Shown here one piece after another: positions 55,504 through 64,000 of a stretch of 64,000 bases of DNA. The DNA comes from an uncultured Bacteroidales bacterium (GTDB lineage Bacteria; Bacteroidota; Bacteroidia; Bacteroidales; CAIXTV01), in NCBI GenBank assembly GCA_964543995.1, contig CAZJBB010000001.1:2059-66058 (forward strand), given 5' to 3'. Made by a program: the position numbers and the translations under genes. Numbering within the stretch: the first letter of the stretch is position 1; each line of letters opens with the position of its first letter. A model generated the notes under the pieces. It worked only from the letters and a program-made list of their open reading frames with translations. It was not told where the DNA came from and did no database searches.

Positions 55504-57069
55504 TCAGTCCGGGTTATCGTGAAGGAAGGTATTGTTCGATTGGATGGAAAAATTATTTTTATCATCCGTATTCAGCTGATATTTGGATATTTCCGATTCA
55601 CTGGAAAGTTTTACATCGGTTAGCTCAATTCCATTTCTTTGGTATGCCGGAATTTTCTCAATTTTCTCTAAGCCTTCTGCAGTTTTAAGTCCGGCGCTGA
55701 ATTGGCGCAACTTATCTTTTCTTTCTTTCGCATTCCTGTTTACTTCAGAATCTTCAATTTCGTATTCTGCATTGTTAGTACTTGCAAAAGTATTCACCCC
55801 TTCCGAAGCTACTTCTAAGGAATTATTTGGACTAATTACTGTAGATTCTCTCGAAACCTCCGGAAAAATCCCTTTTGGCTCAGGAGTGAATTTTTCATTT
55901 TTATTATATACCGTAAAATTCGTAATATCCTCTTCTTTTACTTCAAGTTTTGGAGGCGTATACATTTCCGGTTCCGGTTCGTTTAAGGAAACAACTTCGA
56001 TTGCAGGCAATTCAAAATCTTCATTCAGAGGTTCGCTCTTAATAGATTCCACAATGGGTTCAACTAAGGTATTGATCTTTTTCTCAGGAAGTCTTTCTAG
56101 TGGAAGGTTGTTTTGCTGATTTGTTTCAAAACCGGTGGCGATAACGATGACACTGATTTTATTTCCTAATTTTTCATCGTAGCTATTTCCCCAGATAACA
56201 TCGGCGTTGGAACCTGACTCGAAAGTAATGTGTTCAGTAATTTCTGAAACTTCATCCATAGTAAGTTCTTCTAAGCCTGAAGTCAGGTTTAGCAATATTT
56301 TTTTCGATCCTTTTATGGTTGCATCGTTTAAGAGTGGAGATTTTAATGCTTGTTCAACTGCTTTTAACGCTCTGTTTTCACCTTCCGCTTCACCTGAACC
56401 CATGATGGCACTTCCACTGTTTTTCATCACGGTATTAATGTCTTCAAAGTCAACATTTACATATCCTTCAACAGTGATTATTTCGGCGATTCCTTTAGCT
56501 GCAGTTAACAATACATCATCTGCTTTTTTAAAGGCATCAGAAATGGCTAAATTGCCGTAGAGTTCTCTCAGTTTCTCGTTGTATATAACAATAATAGAAT
56601 CAACATATTGCAGCATTTCTTTAATTCCATGTTCTGCTTGTTGAGACCTTTTTCTACCTTCAAAATTAAAAGGCAAGGTAATAATTCCAACAGTTAAAAT
56701 ACCCAATTCTTTCGCTATTTCGGCAATTACCGGTGCTGCACCGGTTCCGGTACCTCCGCCCATTCCGGCAGTAATGAAAAGCATTTTGGTATTGCAACTA
56801 AGCATTTCTTTAATTTGGTCAGCGTTTTCCATAGCTGCTTCTCTTGCAACCAAAGGAATATTACCGGCACCCAAACCCTTTGTTCCTAACTGAATCTTAT
56901 TAGGAACCGGACTTTTTTCCAATGCTTGAGCGTCAGTATTACAAATAATAAAGTCAACACCTTTAATTCCTTGGTTATACATGTAATTCACCGCATTACC
57001 ACCACCTCCACCAACTCCAATAACTTTTATGATAGATGATTGATCTTTAGGCGATTCGAATTTTAACAT
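55504..57069 (-). CDS. ftsZ: cell division protein FtsZ
   Basis: 521 aa from the ATG at 57069. GVGGGGGNAVN and GMGGGTGTGAAP tubulin signatures, then a long acidic/polar C-terminal linker. Confidence 0.95.
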   Translation of the reverse strand: MLKFESPKDQSSIIKVIGVGGGGGNAVNYMYNQGIKGVDFIICNTDAQALEKSPVPNKIQLGTKGLGAGNIPLVAREAAMENADQIKEMLSCNTKMLFITAGMGGGTGTGAAPVIAEIAKELGILTVGIITLPFNFEGRKRSQQAEHGIKEMLQYVDSIIVIYNEKLRELYGNLAISDAFKKADDVLLTAAKGIAEIITVEGYVNVDFEDINTVMKNSGSAIMGSGEAEGENRALKAVEQALKSPLLNDATIKGSKKILLNLTSGLEELTMDEVSEITEHITFESGSNADVIWGNSYDEKLGNKISVIVIATGFETNQQNNLPLERLPEKKINTLVEPIVESIKSEPLNEDFELPAIEVVSLNEPEPEMYTPPKLEVKEEDITNFTVYNKNEKFTPEPKGIFPEVSRESTVISPNNSLEVASEGVNTFASTNNAEYEIEDSEVNRNAKERKDKLRQFSAGLKTAEGLEKIEKIPAYQRNGIELTDVKLSSESEISKYQLNTDDKNNFSIQSNNTFLHDNPD

Positions 57070-57179
57070 GGTACTTGTTGTTTGATTATGCTGCATTTTG
57101 CAATAAAATTAATTGTTATGTTGAAGCGGAATAATAATTTTAATTTATTTTATCCACAAATTTGTGTTAATTACGGATT

Positions 57180-58526
57180 TCACTTGACTCCATCTTCGAA
57201 AAACCCACGTAATCTGTCGATTATGCTTAGGTTATCTTTGGGTTCTTTTTTTATTTTTTCCTTAATTTCTTTAGGCGGTTTTTCTTTTTTGGGTTTTTCC
57301 TTTTTTTCCGGCTCAGGTACCACTTCAGGAATAGGTTCATTAATTTGAATTGGGGTTTCTCTTCGGGTATCATTCAGCCCTTTAATCACCAAGCCCACAC
57401 CGGTGGCATAAATTGGGTTTGCCAATTCATTGGGTACATTGTTGGCCAAGTGTTCGTTGGGATAACCAATTCTCACATCTTTGCCAGAAATAAACTCCGT
57501 AAGTTGTGAGATGTGCTTCATCATGGAGCCCCCTCCGGTTAACACTATGCCTAAGCTGATTTTTTTATCGAATCCGGAATTCTTTATTTCAAAATAGGCC
57601 AATTCAATGATTTCTTCCACCCTAGCTTGAATAATACTGGCTAAGTTTCTAAGGGAAATTTCTTTGGGTTGTCTTCCTCTTAAGCCCGGAATGGATACGA
57701 TTTCATTATCATTATTTTCGCTTGCCACTGCGGAACCAAATCGCACTTTTAAAGCTTCAGCTTGGGTTCTAATGATAGAACAACCTTCTTTTATATCTTC
57801 TGTAATAATATTTCCTCCTAATGGAATTACAGCGGAGTGACGAATAATTCTATCCTTAAATATTGCGATGTCAGTGGTTCCTCCACCAATATCAATTAAG
57901 GCAATGCCTGCTTCTTTTTCATCATCACTTAATACGGCATCGGAAGAAGCTAAAGGTTCTAAAATCAGACCATCAACTTCAAGTCCAGCCAATTGAACAC
58001 ATTTTTCAATGTTTTTTATGGCTGCTGTATGACCTGTGATAATATGAAAGTTTGCGCTTACATCCACACCCATCATACCAATGGGCTCTGTAATTCCCCC
58101 AACCCCATCAATGATAAAATCCTGAGGAAGTACATGAATGATATCTTCACCCGGTTTCATTGAAAGCTTATACATATTGTTAATCAAGCGATCAATATCC
58201 TTTTTGGTAATTTGATCATCTTTGTTGTCCCTAATGATGCTTCCTCTATATTGTATGCTTTTAATGTGTTGTCCGGCCACACCCACATATACGGACCCAA
58301 TTTTGACTCCTGATTTTTGTTCAGCCTCGGCAATGGCAATTTTTATGGACTCTACCGTTTTATCAATATTGGCAACCTGACCTCTCATTACGCCAATAGA
58401 TTCTGTATTGGAAAATCCTAAAATTTCAATTTTTCCGAATTGGTCTCTTCTACCAACAATTACCGCTATTTTTGTTGTACCTATATCTAAGCCAACAATA
58501 ATTTCTGATTGCTCCATATTATTCAT
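57180..58526 (-). CDS. ftsA: cell division protein FtsA
   Basis: 448 aa. Actin-fold motifs VGLDIGTTKIAV and DIGGGTTDIAIF. Lys/Glu/Pro-rich tail ending in an amphipathic helix. The start could be 58517. Confidence 0.95.
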   Translation of the reverse strand: MNNMEQSEIIVGLDIGTTKIAVIVGRRDQFGKIEILGFSNTESIGVMRGQVANIDKTVESIKIAIAEAEQKSGVKIGSVYVGVAGQHIKSIQYRGSIIRDNKDDQITKKDIDRLINNMYKLSMKPGEDIIHVLPQDFIIDGVGGITEPIGMMGVDVSANFHIITGHTAAIKNIEKCVQLAGLEVDGLILEPLASSDAVLSDDEKEAGIALIDIGGGTTDIAIFKDRIIRHSAVIPLGGNIITEDIKEGCSIIRTQAEALKVRFGSAVASENNDNEIVSIPGLRGRQPKEISLRNLASIIQARVEEIIELAYFEIKNSGFDKKISLGIVLTGGGSMMKHISQLTEFISGKDVRIGYPNEHLANNVPNELANPIYATGVGLVIKGLNDTRRETPIQINEPIPEVVPEPEKKEKPKKEKPPKEIKEKIKKEPKDNLSIIDRLRGFFEDGVK

Positions 58527-59319
58527 TTTTTATTTTTGTACATACAATTTGATTTTTATACTTTAAGTTAAGGGTCTTATATTTATCCCACCCAACTTTA
58601 TCAATGCCTCTTTCAATGAAGGCTTTTAAATTCCTGAATTTTTCTTCCATATTATCGATGGACCCAAAAAAGATGGAGTAATTTCCGATTTTCGGAACCA
58701 AAACAAACTCCTTATTCATCACAAAAACCTGATCTATAAACAGTTTCAACCATTCATCTTTATCAATATACATTCCTAATTTGTATAGTTGATAAACAAC
58801 AAGAGAACGTGTAGCTGAATCTTTATCGTTTTGTTCATTGATGTCTAGTTTTAGCGCTTCGTTGTAAGGAGTAAAAATATCACCATTGGCAACCATGACT
58901 CTTACAGGATAAAGGGAGCGAACGTTTAGCAGCTTTCCGTCTTCAGAAATATAATAGCTTTTTCCTTCACTATTGCAAACCCTAAGAATGGGTCGTCTTT
59001 GCGAAAGACGAATGATGATATCTCCTTCGAAGCTGGTTTGTATGTCTGCGTCCTTAATATAGGGATTTGAAATTATAGAATCGTTTATGGAAATCAAATC
59101 AATTTTTTTCATGGGTTGTCCCACCAAAGAATCGTTCCCTTTTGTAATTTGCGACAAAATATCCCCGTTTGTCACCAAGGGATCGCTGTTGTGATAATCT
59201 ATAATTACACTGACACTTTTGCAGGAAGTGTTTTTTATCTTGTAATTTACAAAAACTAAAGAAAGGACTATTAAAACAGCCACTAATGCCCATGCGGAAA
59301 TTATCAAAATTCTTTTCAT
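58519..59319 (-). CDS. ftsQ: cell division protein FtsQ
   Basis: 266 aa with a single N-terminal TM and POTRA-like region. Positioned between murC and ftsA. Confidence 0.8.
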   Translation of the reverse strand: MKRILIISAWALVAVLIVLSLVFVNYKIKNTSCKSVSVIIDYHNSDPLVTNGDILSQITKGNDSLVGQPMKKIDLISINDSIISNPYIKDADIQTSFEGDIIIRLSQRRPILRVCNSEGKSYYISEDGKLLNVRSLYPVRVMVANGDIFTPYNEALKLDINEQNDKDSATRSLVVYQLYKLGMYIDKDEWLKLFIDQVFVMNKEFVLVPKIGNYSIFFGSIDNMEEKFRNLKAFIERGIDKVGWDKYKTLNLKYKNQIVCTKIKNE

Positions 59320-60677
59320 GCTGTAAATGTTTGATAATGATTTACAATGGGTTCAATAAGCTGATCGATATCCCCGGCACCAATGGTTAAGATAATTTCA
59401 GGATGTAATTCTTGCAATAGATCAATAACCTTATCTTTTGGACAAATGGTTTTATACTTCGATGTCACTTTCTGTAGAAGTGCTTCGGAGGAGACTCCTT
59501 CTATGGGTTTTTCTCGTGCAGGATAAATGTCGAGGAGAATCAGATTGTCTAATAATGATAAACTTTTTGCAAAACCTTCCATAAAATCTTGAGTCCTAGA
59601 AAATAAGTGGGGTTGAAAAATTCCGGTAATTTCCTTTTCGGGATAAAGTTCTTTAATTGCATTCACAAAAGCCCTTATTTCTTCCGGATGGTGAGCGTAA
59701 TCGTCAATATAAATTAATTTCGGAGTCTTAATTTGATAATCGAAACGACGTTTAACCCCGGTATAACTCGCAATGGCAGTTTTGATTACTTCGGGTGAAA
59801 TTTGTAAAGCCATGGCCACAGAAATTGCTGCGGTAGCATTTTCAACATTATGCCTACCCGGTACAGAAAGTACTAGTCCATGTATTTCATTATCAAGATA
59901 TTGCAAATCGAAAACATAATTCCCATCCAAAATTCGGATGTTTTTTGCCACGATGTTTGACTTTCCTTCAATACTGTATGTAAAAAATTCCTTTTTCTCG
60001 AGGGATTCCGGGAAAGCATTTTTTCTGATCAATACTTTTCCTGCGGTTTTAACTTTATGCACAAACTGATTAAAGGTGTCAATGAGGTTTTGGTGCGTTT
60101 TATAAATATCTAAATGGTCGGCATCTACTGATGAAACAATGGCTATATCAGGATTTAATGTTAAAAAAGATTTATCAAACTCATCCGCTTCTACCACAAA
60201 TATTTCGCTATCAGGATTTACTATGAGGTTCGAATGGTAATTTTTACTAATGCCTCCCATAAAAGCGGTAATTTTCATGCCCGCAGATTGTAAAATATGA
60301 GCCACCATTGAAGTGATAGAAGTCTTTCCATGCGTGCCGGCAATCGCAATCGTAAAATAATCTTTGGATAGGAGGCCCAATATTTCAGAACGTTTCATTA
60401 TGGGGCAACCTAAATTATGAACATGCTCCCATTCGAGTAAATCTGCAGGAATGGCAGGCGTATAAATAACCAAATCGGGTGATTGAGGTATTAAACTCGT
60501 ATCATCGGCATAATGGATAGAGATTCCTTCTTTTTCCAATTCTTTAGTCAAGGGCGTAGAGGTTTTATCATAACCGGAAACACTTACTCCTTTTGAAGCA
60601 AAAAACCTTGCCAAAGCACTCATTCCAATGCCCCCAATACCCAGGAAATATATGTTTTTGAGTTTAGAAAGTTCCAT
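59316..60677 (-). CDS. murC: UDP-N-acetylmuramate--L-alanine ligase
   Basis: 453 aa with GIGGIGMSALA and GTHGKTSITSM motifs. Confidence 0.95.
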   Translation of the reverse strand: MELSKLKNIYFLGIGGIGMSALARFFASKGVSVSGYDKTSTPLTKELEKEGISIHYADDTSLIPQSPDLVIYTPAIPADLLEWEHVHNLGCPIMKRSEILGLLSKDYFTIAIAGTHGKTSITSMVAHILQSAGMKITAFMGGISKNYHSNLIVNPDSEIFVVEADEFDKSFLTLNPDIAIVSSVDADHLDIYKTHQNLIDTFNQFVHKVKTAGKVLIRKNAFPESLEKKEFFTYSIEGKSNIVAKNIRILDGNYVFDLQYLDNEIHGLVLSVPGRHNVENATAAISVAMALQISPEVIKTAIASYTGVKRRFDYQIKTPKLIYIDDYAHHPEEIRAFVNAIKELYPEKEITGIFQPHLFSRTQDFMEGFAKSLSLLDNLILLDIYPAREKPIEGVSSEALLQKVTSKYKTICPKDKVIDLLQELHPEIILTIGAGDIDQLIEPIVNHYQTFTA

Positions 60678-61785
60678 TCTTATTATGCTTTGTGAGTTCT
60701 ATTGCGCTCTTTGCTATGATATTTGCAGCATCTGTAATGGCAAAAGATTTCATATTTTGCATTAATTCATGCTGAAGTTCCTTATTTTCAATAAGATTCA
60801 ATAATACGGTTTGAAGTTTTTGCGATACATCTGCATCCGCAATCAAAATGGCAGCATTTTTTTCGGTTAAAGCCAAGGCATTTTTAGTTTGATGATCATC
60901 AGTTACATTAGGGGATGGAATTAATACCACCGGTTTCATCACTACACACAATTCCGAAATTGCGATAGCCCCCGCCCTGGAAACAATGATATCGGCTGCA
61001 GCATAAGCTAAATCCATCCGGGTAATAAAAGGAACCACAGTAATGTTTTCTAAGGCTTGGGGAGTGAACTCTTGCTCGACAATGGAAAAATAGTTTTTCC
61101 CGGTTTGCCAAATTAACTGAATATCATGCAGTTGAAAAAATGGAATTAGGTTTTGAATGTTCCTGTTAATAGTCAAAGCACCTAAGCTACCTCCTACTAC
61201 CAAAACCGTTTTTTTATTGGGGTTTAATTTATAGAAATCAATGGCTTCTTTTCTTTTAGAGTCAACAGAAATAATATCCTGCCGAACCGGATTTCCGGTA
61301 AGCAATATTTTCTCGGCAGGAAAAAATTTCTCCATTCCGGGGTATGCAACACAAATTTTTGAAACTTTGTGGGCAAGCAATCTATTCGTCATTCCGGGGA
61401 AAGAGTTTTGCTCCTGAATCAAGGTGGGGATTTTTAATAAAGTTGCCATACGTAAGGTTGGGCCACTGGCATACCCACCCACACCAATAACAACATCGGG
61501 CTTAAATTTCCGAATAATTCCTCCTGCTTTTATCAAACTCAATACTACTTTGAAAGGAAACAATAGATTTTTTATGGTGAGTCTTCTTTGTAATCCACTA
61601 ACCCATAAGCCTTTAATCTTATATCCGGCAGCAGGCACTTTTTCCATTTCCATTTTTCCTTGCGCCCCAATAAACAAGATATCGGCATCAGGGAGAATTA
61701 ATGTAATGGCGTTTGCAATTGCAATTGCAGGAAAAATATGTCCTCCGGTTCCACCACCACTGATAATTACTTTTAAGGGTTTCAT
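60664..61785 (-). CDS. murG: undecaprenyldiphospho-muramoylpentapeptide beta-N-acetylglucosaminyltransferase
   Basis: 373 aa from the ATG at 61785 (MKPLKVIISGGGTGGHIFPA). The longer track start overlaps ftsW. Confidence 0.9.
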   Translation of the reverse strand: MKPLKVIISGGGTGGHIFPAIAIANAITLILPDADILFIGAQGKMEMEKVPAAGYKIKGLWVSGLQRRLTIKNLLFPFKVVLSLIKAGGIIRKFKPDVVIGVGGYASGPTLRMATLLKIPTLIQEQNSFPGMTNRLLAHKVSKICVAYPGMEKFFPAEKILLTGNPVRQDIISVDSKRKEAIDFYKLNPNKKTVLVVGGSLGALTINRNIQNLIPFFQLHDIQLIWQTGKNYFSIVEQEFTPQALENITVVPFITRMDLAYAAADIIVSRAGAIAISELCVVMKPVVLIPSPNVTDDHQTKNALALTEKNAAILIADADVSQKLQTVLLNLIENKELQHELMQNMKSFAITDAANIIAKSAIELTKHNKNGTF

Positions 61786-61789
61786 TGTT

Positions 61790-63001
61790 TTAGGCTTCTG
61801 CTGGTATGGGTTCATTCTTTTCTATGGGTGCTTTCTCGACCACAATCTCATTATTTTCAATTACTTCGCTTTCAATTTCTTTACTCACACTTAATATGAT
61901 GCCAATGGCAATACTGGTAAACCAAATGGAAGTTCCTCCCATACTTATCAAAGGCAAAGGTTGTCCGGTTACCGGAAGCAGATCAACGGCCACCGCCATA
62001 TTAATAAAGGCCTGAAATACCAAGCTGAAACTCAGCCCAATTACTAAAAAAGCACCAAAAGTACCCGGTCCCTTGATTACAATTCGGACCGCTCGATATA
62101 AGATAATGAGGTAAAGTAAAATAATGAAAATACTCCCCAATAATCCATATTCTTCAATAATGATGGCAAAAATAAAATCGGAGTACGGATGGGGTAAAAA
62201 ATTACGCTGGGTGCTTTTCCCGGGCAACTTCCCAAGGAATTGTCCATTGGCAACCGCTATTTTCGCCTGTTCAATTTGATAATCTCCTTCATTGGCATTA
62301 GAAGTCTTTTCAGAACCCATAAATCTTTCGATCCTATTTTTCCATGTGCCCACACGTCCATGTGAATTGGAATTTAATAGAACTGCAATGGTAATTGAAA
62401 ACAGAATGACTCCCCCTCCCATTAAATATAAAATATATCGGGTTCTAATTCTCCCCACTACCATCAAAATAACACAAATCATAAACAACATTGCCGCGGT
62501 GGAGAAATTAGCAAGAACTATAAGACCGCAAATAATTAGTATGGGAATCATGATTGGGACAAATGCCTGCCTGAAGTCCTTAATTTGCTCTTGTTTTATG
62601 GTAAGCATTCTTGCCAAGTAAATAATCAAAGCCAGCTTTGCTAAATCGGAACTTTGAAAAGTAACGTTGATGATAGGAAGCGTAATCCAACGACTGGCTT
62701 CGTTAATGTTTGTTCCTTTCATGAGGGTAAAAAGCAAGATGGGAACAGATATAAAAAGCAAAATTTGGGAAAAGCGAGAATAATAAGTGTATTTAACCAA
62801 ATGGGTTATATACATCAAGAATAAACCAAAAGCCAGAATTGAAAAGTGACGGATAAGGTAATACTCCGTATTTCCACCTTGGCGTTTAAATGCCAAGGTT
62901 CCGGTGGAACTATAAACCGAGAGTATGGAAACCAAGGATAGCAGAAATACCACTACCCAAATTACTTTATCGCCTTTAACAACACTTAAAAATCTATTCA
63001 T
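61790..63001 (-). CDS. ftsW: FtsW/RodA (SEDS) family cell division protein
   Basis: 403 aa with about 10 TM segments. LPHPYSDFIFAIIIEEYG and LPLISMGGTS signatures. Located in the dcw cluster. Confidence 0.9.
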   Translation of the reverse strand: MNRFLSVVKGDKVIWVVVFLLSLVSILSVYSSTGTLAFKRQGGNTEYYLIRHFSILAFGLFLMYITHLVKYTYYSRFSQILLFISVPILLFTLMKGTNINEASRWITLPIINVTFQSSDLAKLALIIYLARMLTIKQEQIKDFRQAFVPIMIPILIICGLIVLANFSTAAMLFMICVILMVVGRIRTRYILYLMGGGVILFSITIAVLLNSNSHGRVGTWKNRIERFMGSEKTSNANEGDYQIEQAKIAVANGQFLGKLPGKSTQRNFLPHPYSDFIFAIIIEEYGLLGSIFIILLYLIILYRAVRIVIKGPGTFGAFLVIGLSFSLVFQAFINMAVAVDLLPVTGQPLPLISMGGTSIWFTSIAIGIILSVSKEIESEVIENNEIVVEKAPIEKNEPIPAEA

Positions 63002-63013
63002 GATGATGATTTG

Positions 63014-64000
63014 TTATAATTCGGCAACGGCTTTTTTGAAGCGTTTTCCTCTATCTTCATAATTTTCAAAAATATCGAAACTGGCACAAGCAGGAGACAG
63101 TAAGACCACATCACCGGGCTCTCCCAATTGGTAGGCCTGATTCACAGCCTCTTCGGCATTGGAAGTCTCAATAATGGGACTAATGATATGGCTAAAAGCT
63201 TTTAATATTTTTGTATTATCCAGTCCTAAGCAAACTATGGCTTTCACTTTTTGCCTAACCACTTCTTTTAAGGGTTCGTAATCATTTCCTTTGTCTAATC
63301 CACCCACAATCCATATTACCGGTTTATTCATGCTTTCAATAGCATACCAAGTAGAGTTCACATTGGTTGCTTTCGAATCATTGAAAAATTCCACGTCTCG
63401 AATTTTTGCAACAAATTCCAAGCGGTGTTCCACGTTTTGAAAATCAGAAAGACTTTCTTTTATCGTTTCCTTCCTTATTTCTAAAACCCTTCCTGTTATT
63501 CCGGAAGCCATAGAATTATAAATATTGTGTTTCCCCTGTAAAGCCAATTTTTCTATTTTCATTTTAAATGATTTAGCATGTTTTGTATTAAAAATTATTT
63601 GGTCATTTTCGATAAATGCCCCGTCATGAACATAAGTTTTGATTGAAAAAGGAATTTGCTGCGACTCTATTTTTGTCTTTTCAATTTGATTTCGAATGGT
63701 ATCGTCATCATAGCAGTAAATAAAAGTGTCAGTAGGACATTGATTTCGCAGGATTCGGAATTTTGATTCGAAATATTTATTGAAATCGTATCCATACCTA
63801 TCGAGATGATCCGGAGTGATGTTAAGCAAAATGGCAATATCTGCTTTAAATTCAAACATCCCATCCAATTGAAAACTGCTAATTTCCAGCACATAGTAAT
63901 CAAACTTTTCTGAAGCAACTTGTAGTGCAAAGCTTTTGCCCACATTTCCGGCTAAACCTACATTGTATCCTGCTTTTTTAAGCATGTGGTAGATTAAAAG
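63014..64000 (-). CDS. murD: UDP-N-acetylmuramoylalanine--D-glutamate ligase, N-terminus beyond window edge
   Basis: The frame stays open through base 64000 (reads ...LLIYHMLKKAGYNVGLAGNVG). Mur ligase central and C-terminal domain motifs are present, and the dcw position fits. Confidence 0.9.
   Translation of the reverse strand, partial: LLIYHMLKKAGYNVGLAGNVGKSFALQVASEKFDYYVLEISSFQLDGMFEFKADIAILLNITPDHLDRYGYDFNKYFESKFRILRNQCPTDTFIYCYDDDTIRNQIEKTKIESQQIPFSIKTYVHDGAFIENDQIIFNTKHAKSFKMKIEKLALQGKHNIYNSMASGITGRVLEIRKETIKESLSDFQNVEHRLEFVAKIRDVEFFNDSKATNVNSTWYAIESMNKPVIWIVGGLDKGNDYEPLKEVVRQKVKAIVCLGLDNTKILKAFSHIISPIIETSNAEEAVNQAYQLGEPGDVVLLSPACASFDIFENYEDRGKRFKKAVAEL

Noticed and set aside
57155-57166. 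Perfect 12-bp palindrome CACAAATTTGTG in the ftsA-ftsZ spacer as a regulator site.
   Set aside because: About 16 perfect 12-mers of this kind are expected by chance in 64 kb of sequence, and more given the AT-richness. There is no second copy or supporting context.
1-64000. Antisense and overlapping ORFs in the six-frame track (for example 752-1084 -, 8226-8420 -, 22116-22412 -, 35524-35820 -, 55583-56119 +, 56207-56560 +, 61424-61894 +).
   Set aside because: All lie wholly within strongly supported genes on the opposite strand or in another frame. They have low-complexity or unusual composition and no family resemblance. They are shadow ORFs.

Overview
AT-rich chromosomal segment that looks Bacteroidota-type. 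Evidence: T9SS type A and type B C-terminal sorting domains, TTTG / TAnnTTTG promoter boxes, and a dcw cluster ending ftsQ-ftsA-ftsZ plus a GatB/YqeY gene. It holds about 55 tightly packed protein genes, many with ATGA start/stop overlaps, and one tRNA-Leu(UAG). I saw no rRNA, CRISPR array, transposase or integrase. Most of the window is housekeeping: hemN-hemH-hemY, a four-subunit 2-oxoacid:ferredoxin oxidoreductase operon, lpxH, mgsA, sufE/DUF59, dxs, ettA, hisS, panCD, radA, pabABC, pssA, rsmA and murD-ftsW-murG-murC-ftsQAZ. Three regions stand out. (1) A ~5.2 kb accessory island (42.0-47.2 kb) lies between rfaE2 and radA. It carries a split three-gene HipA-family kinase module (HTH / HipA N-domain / kinase core, HipBST-like) behind three operator-like palindromes, a class II Fic protein and two uncharacterised membrane proteins. 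Two independent pairs of direct repeats bracket its sub-blocks, and no recombinase is present. (2) A 7.7 kb reading frame for a giant PKD-repeat T9SS adhesin is interrupted by a single in-frame TAA, at a codon that is usually Gln in the other repeats. (3) A gingipain-like C25 protease with a T9SS sorting domain sits next to a secreted beta-propeller protein. Functional calls rest on motif recognition by eye. No database search was run.
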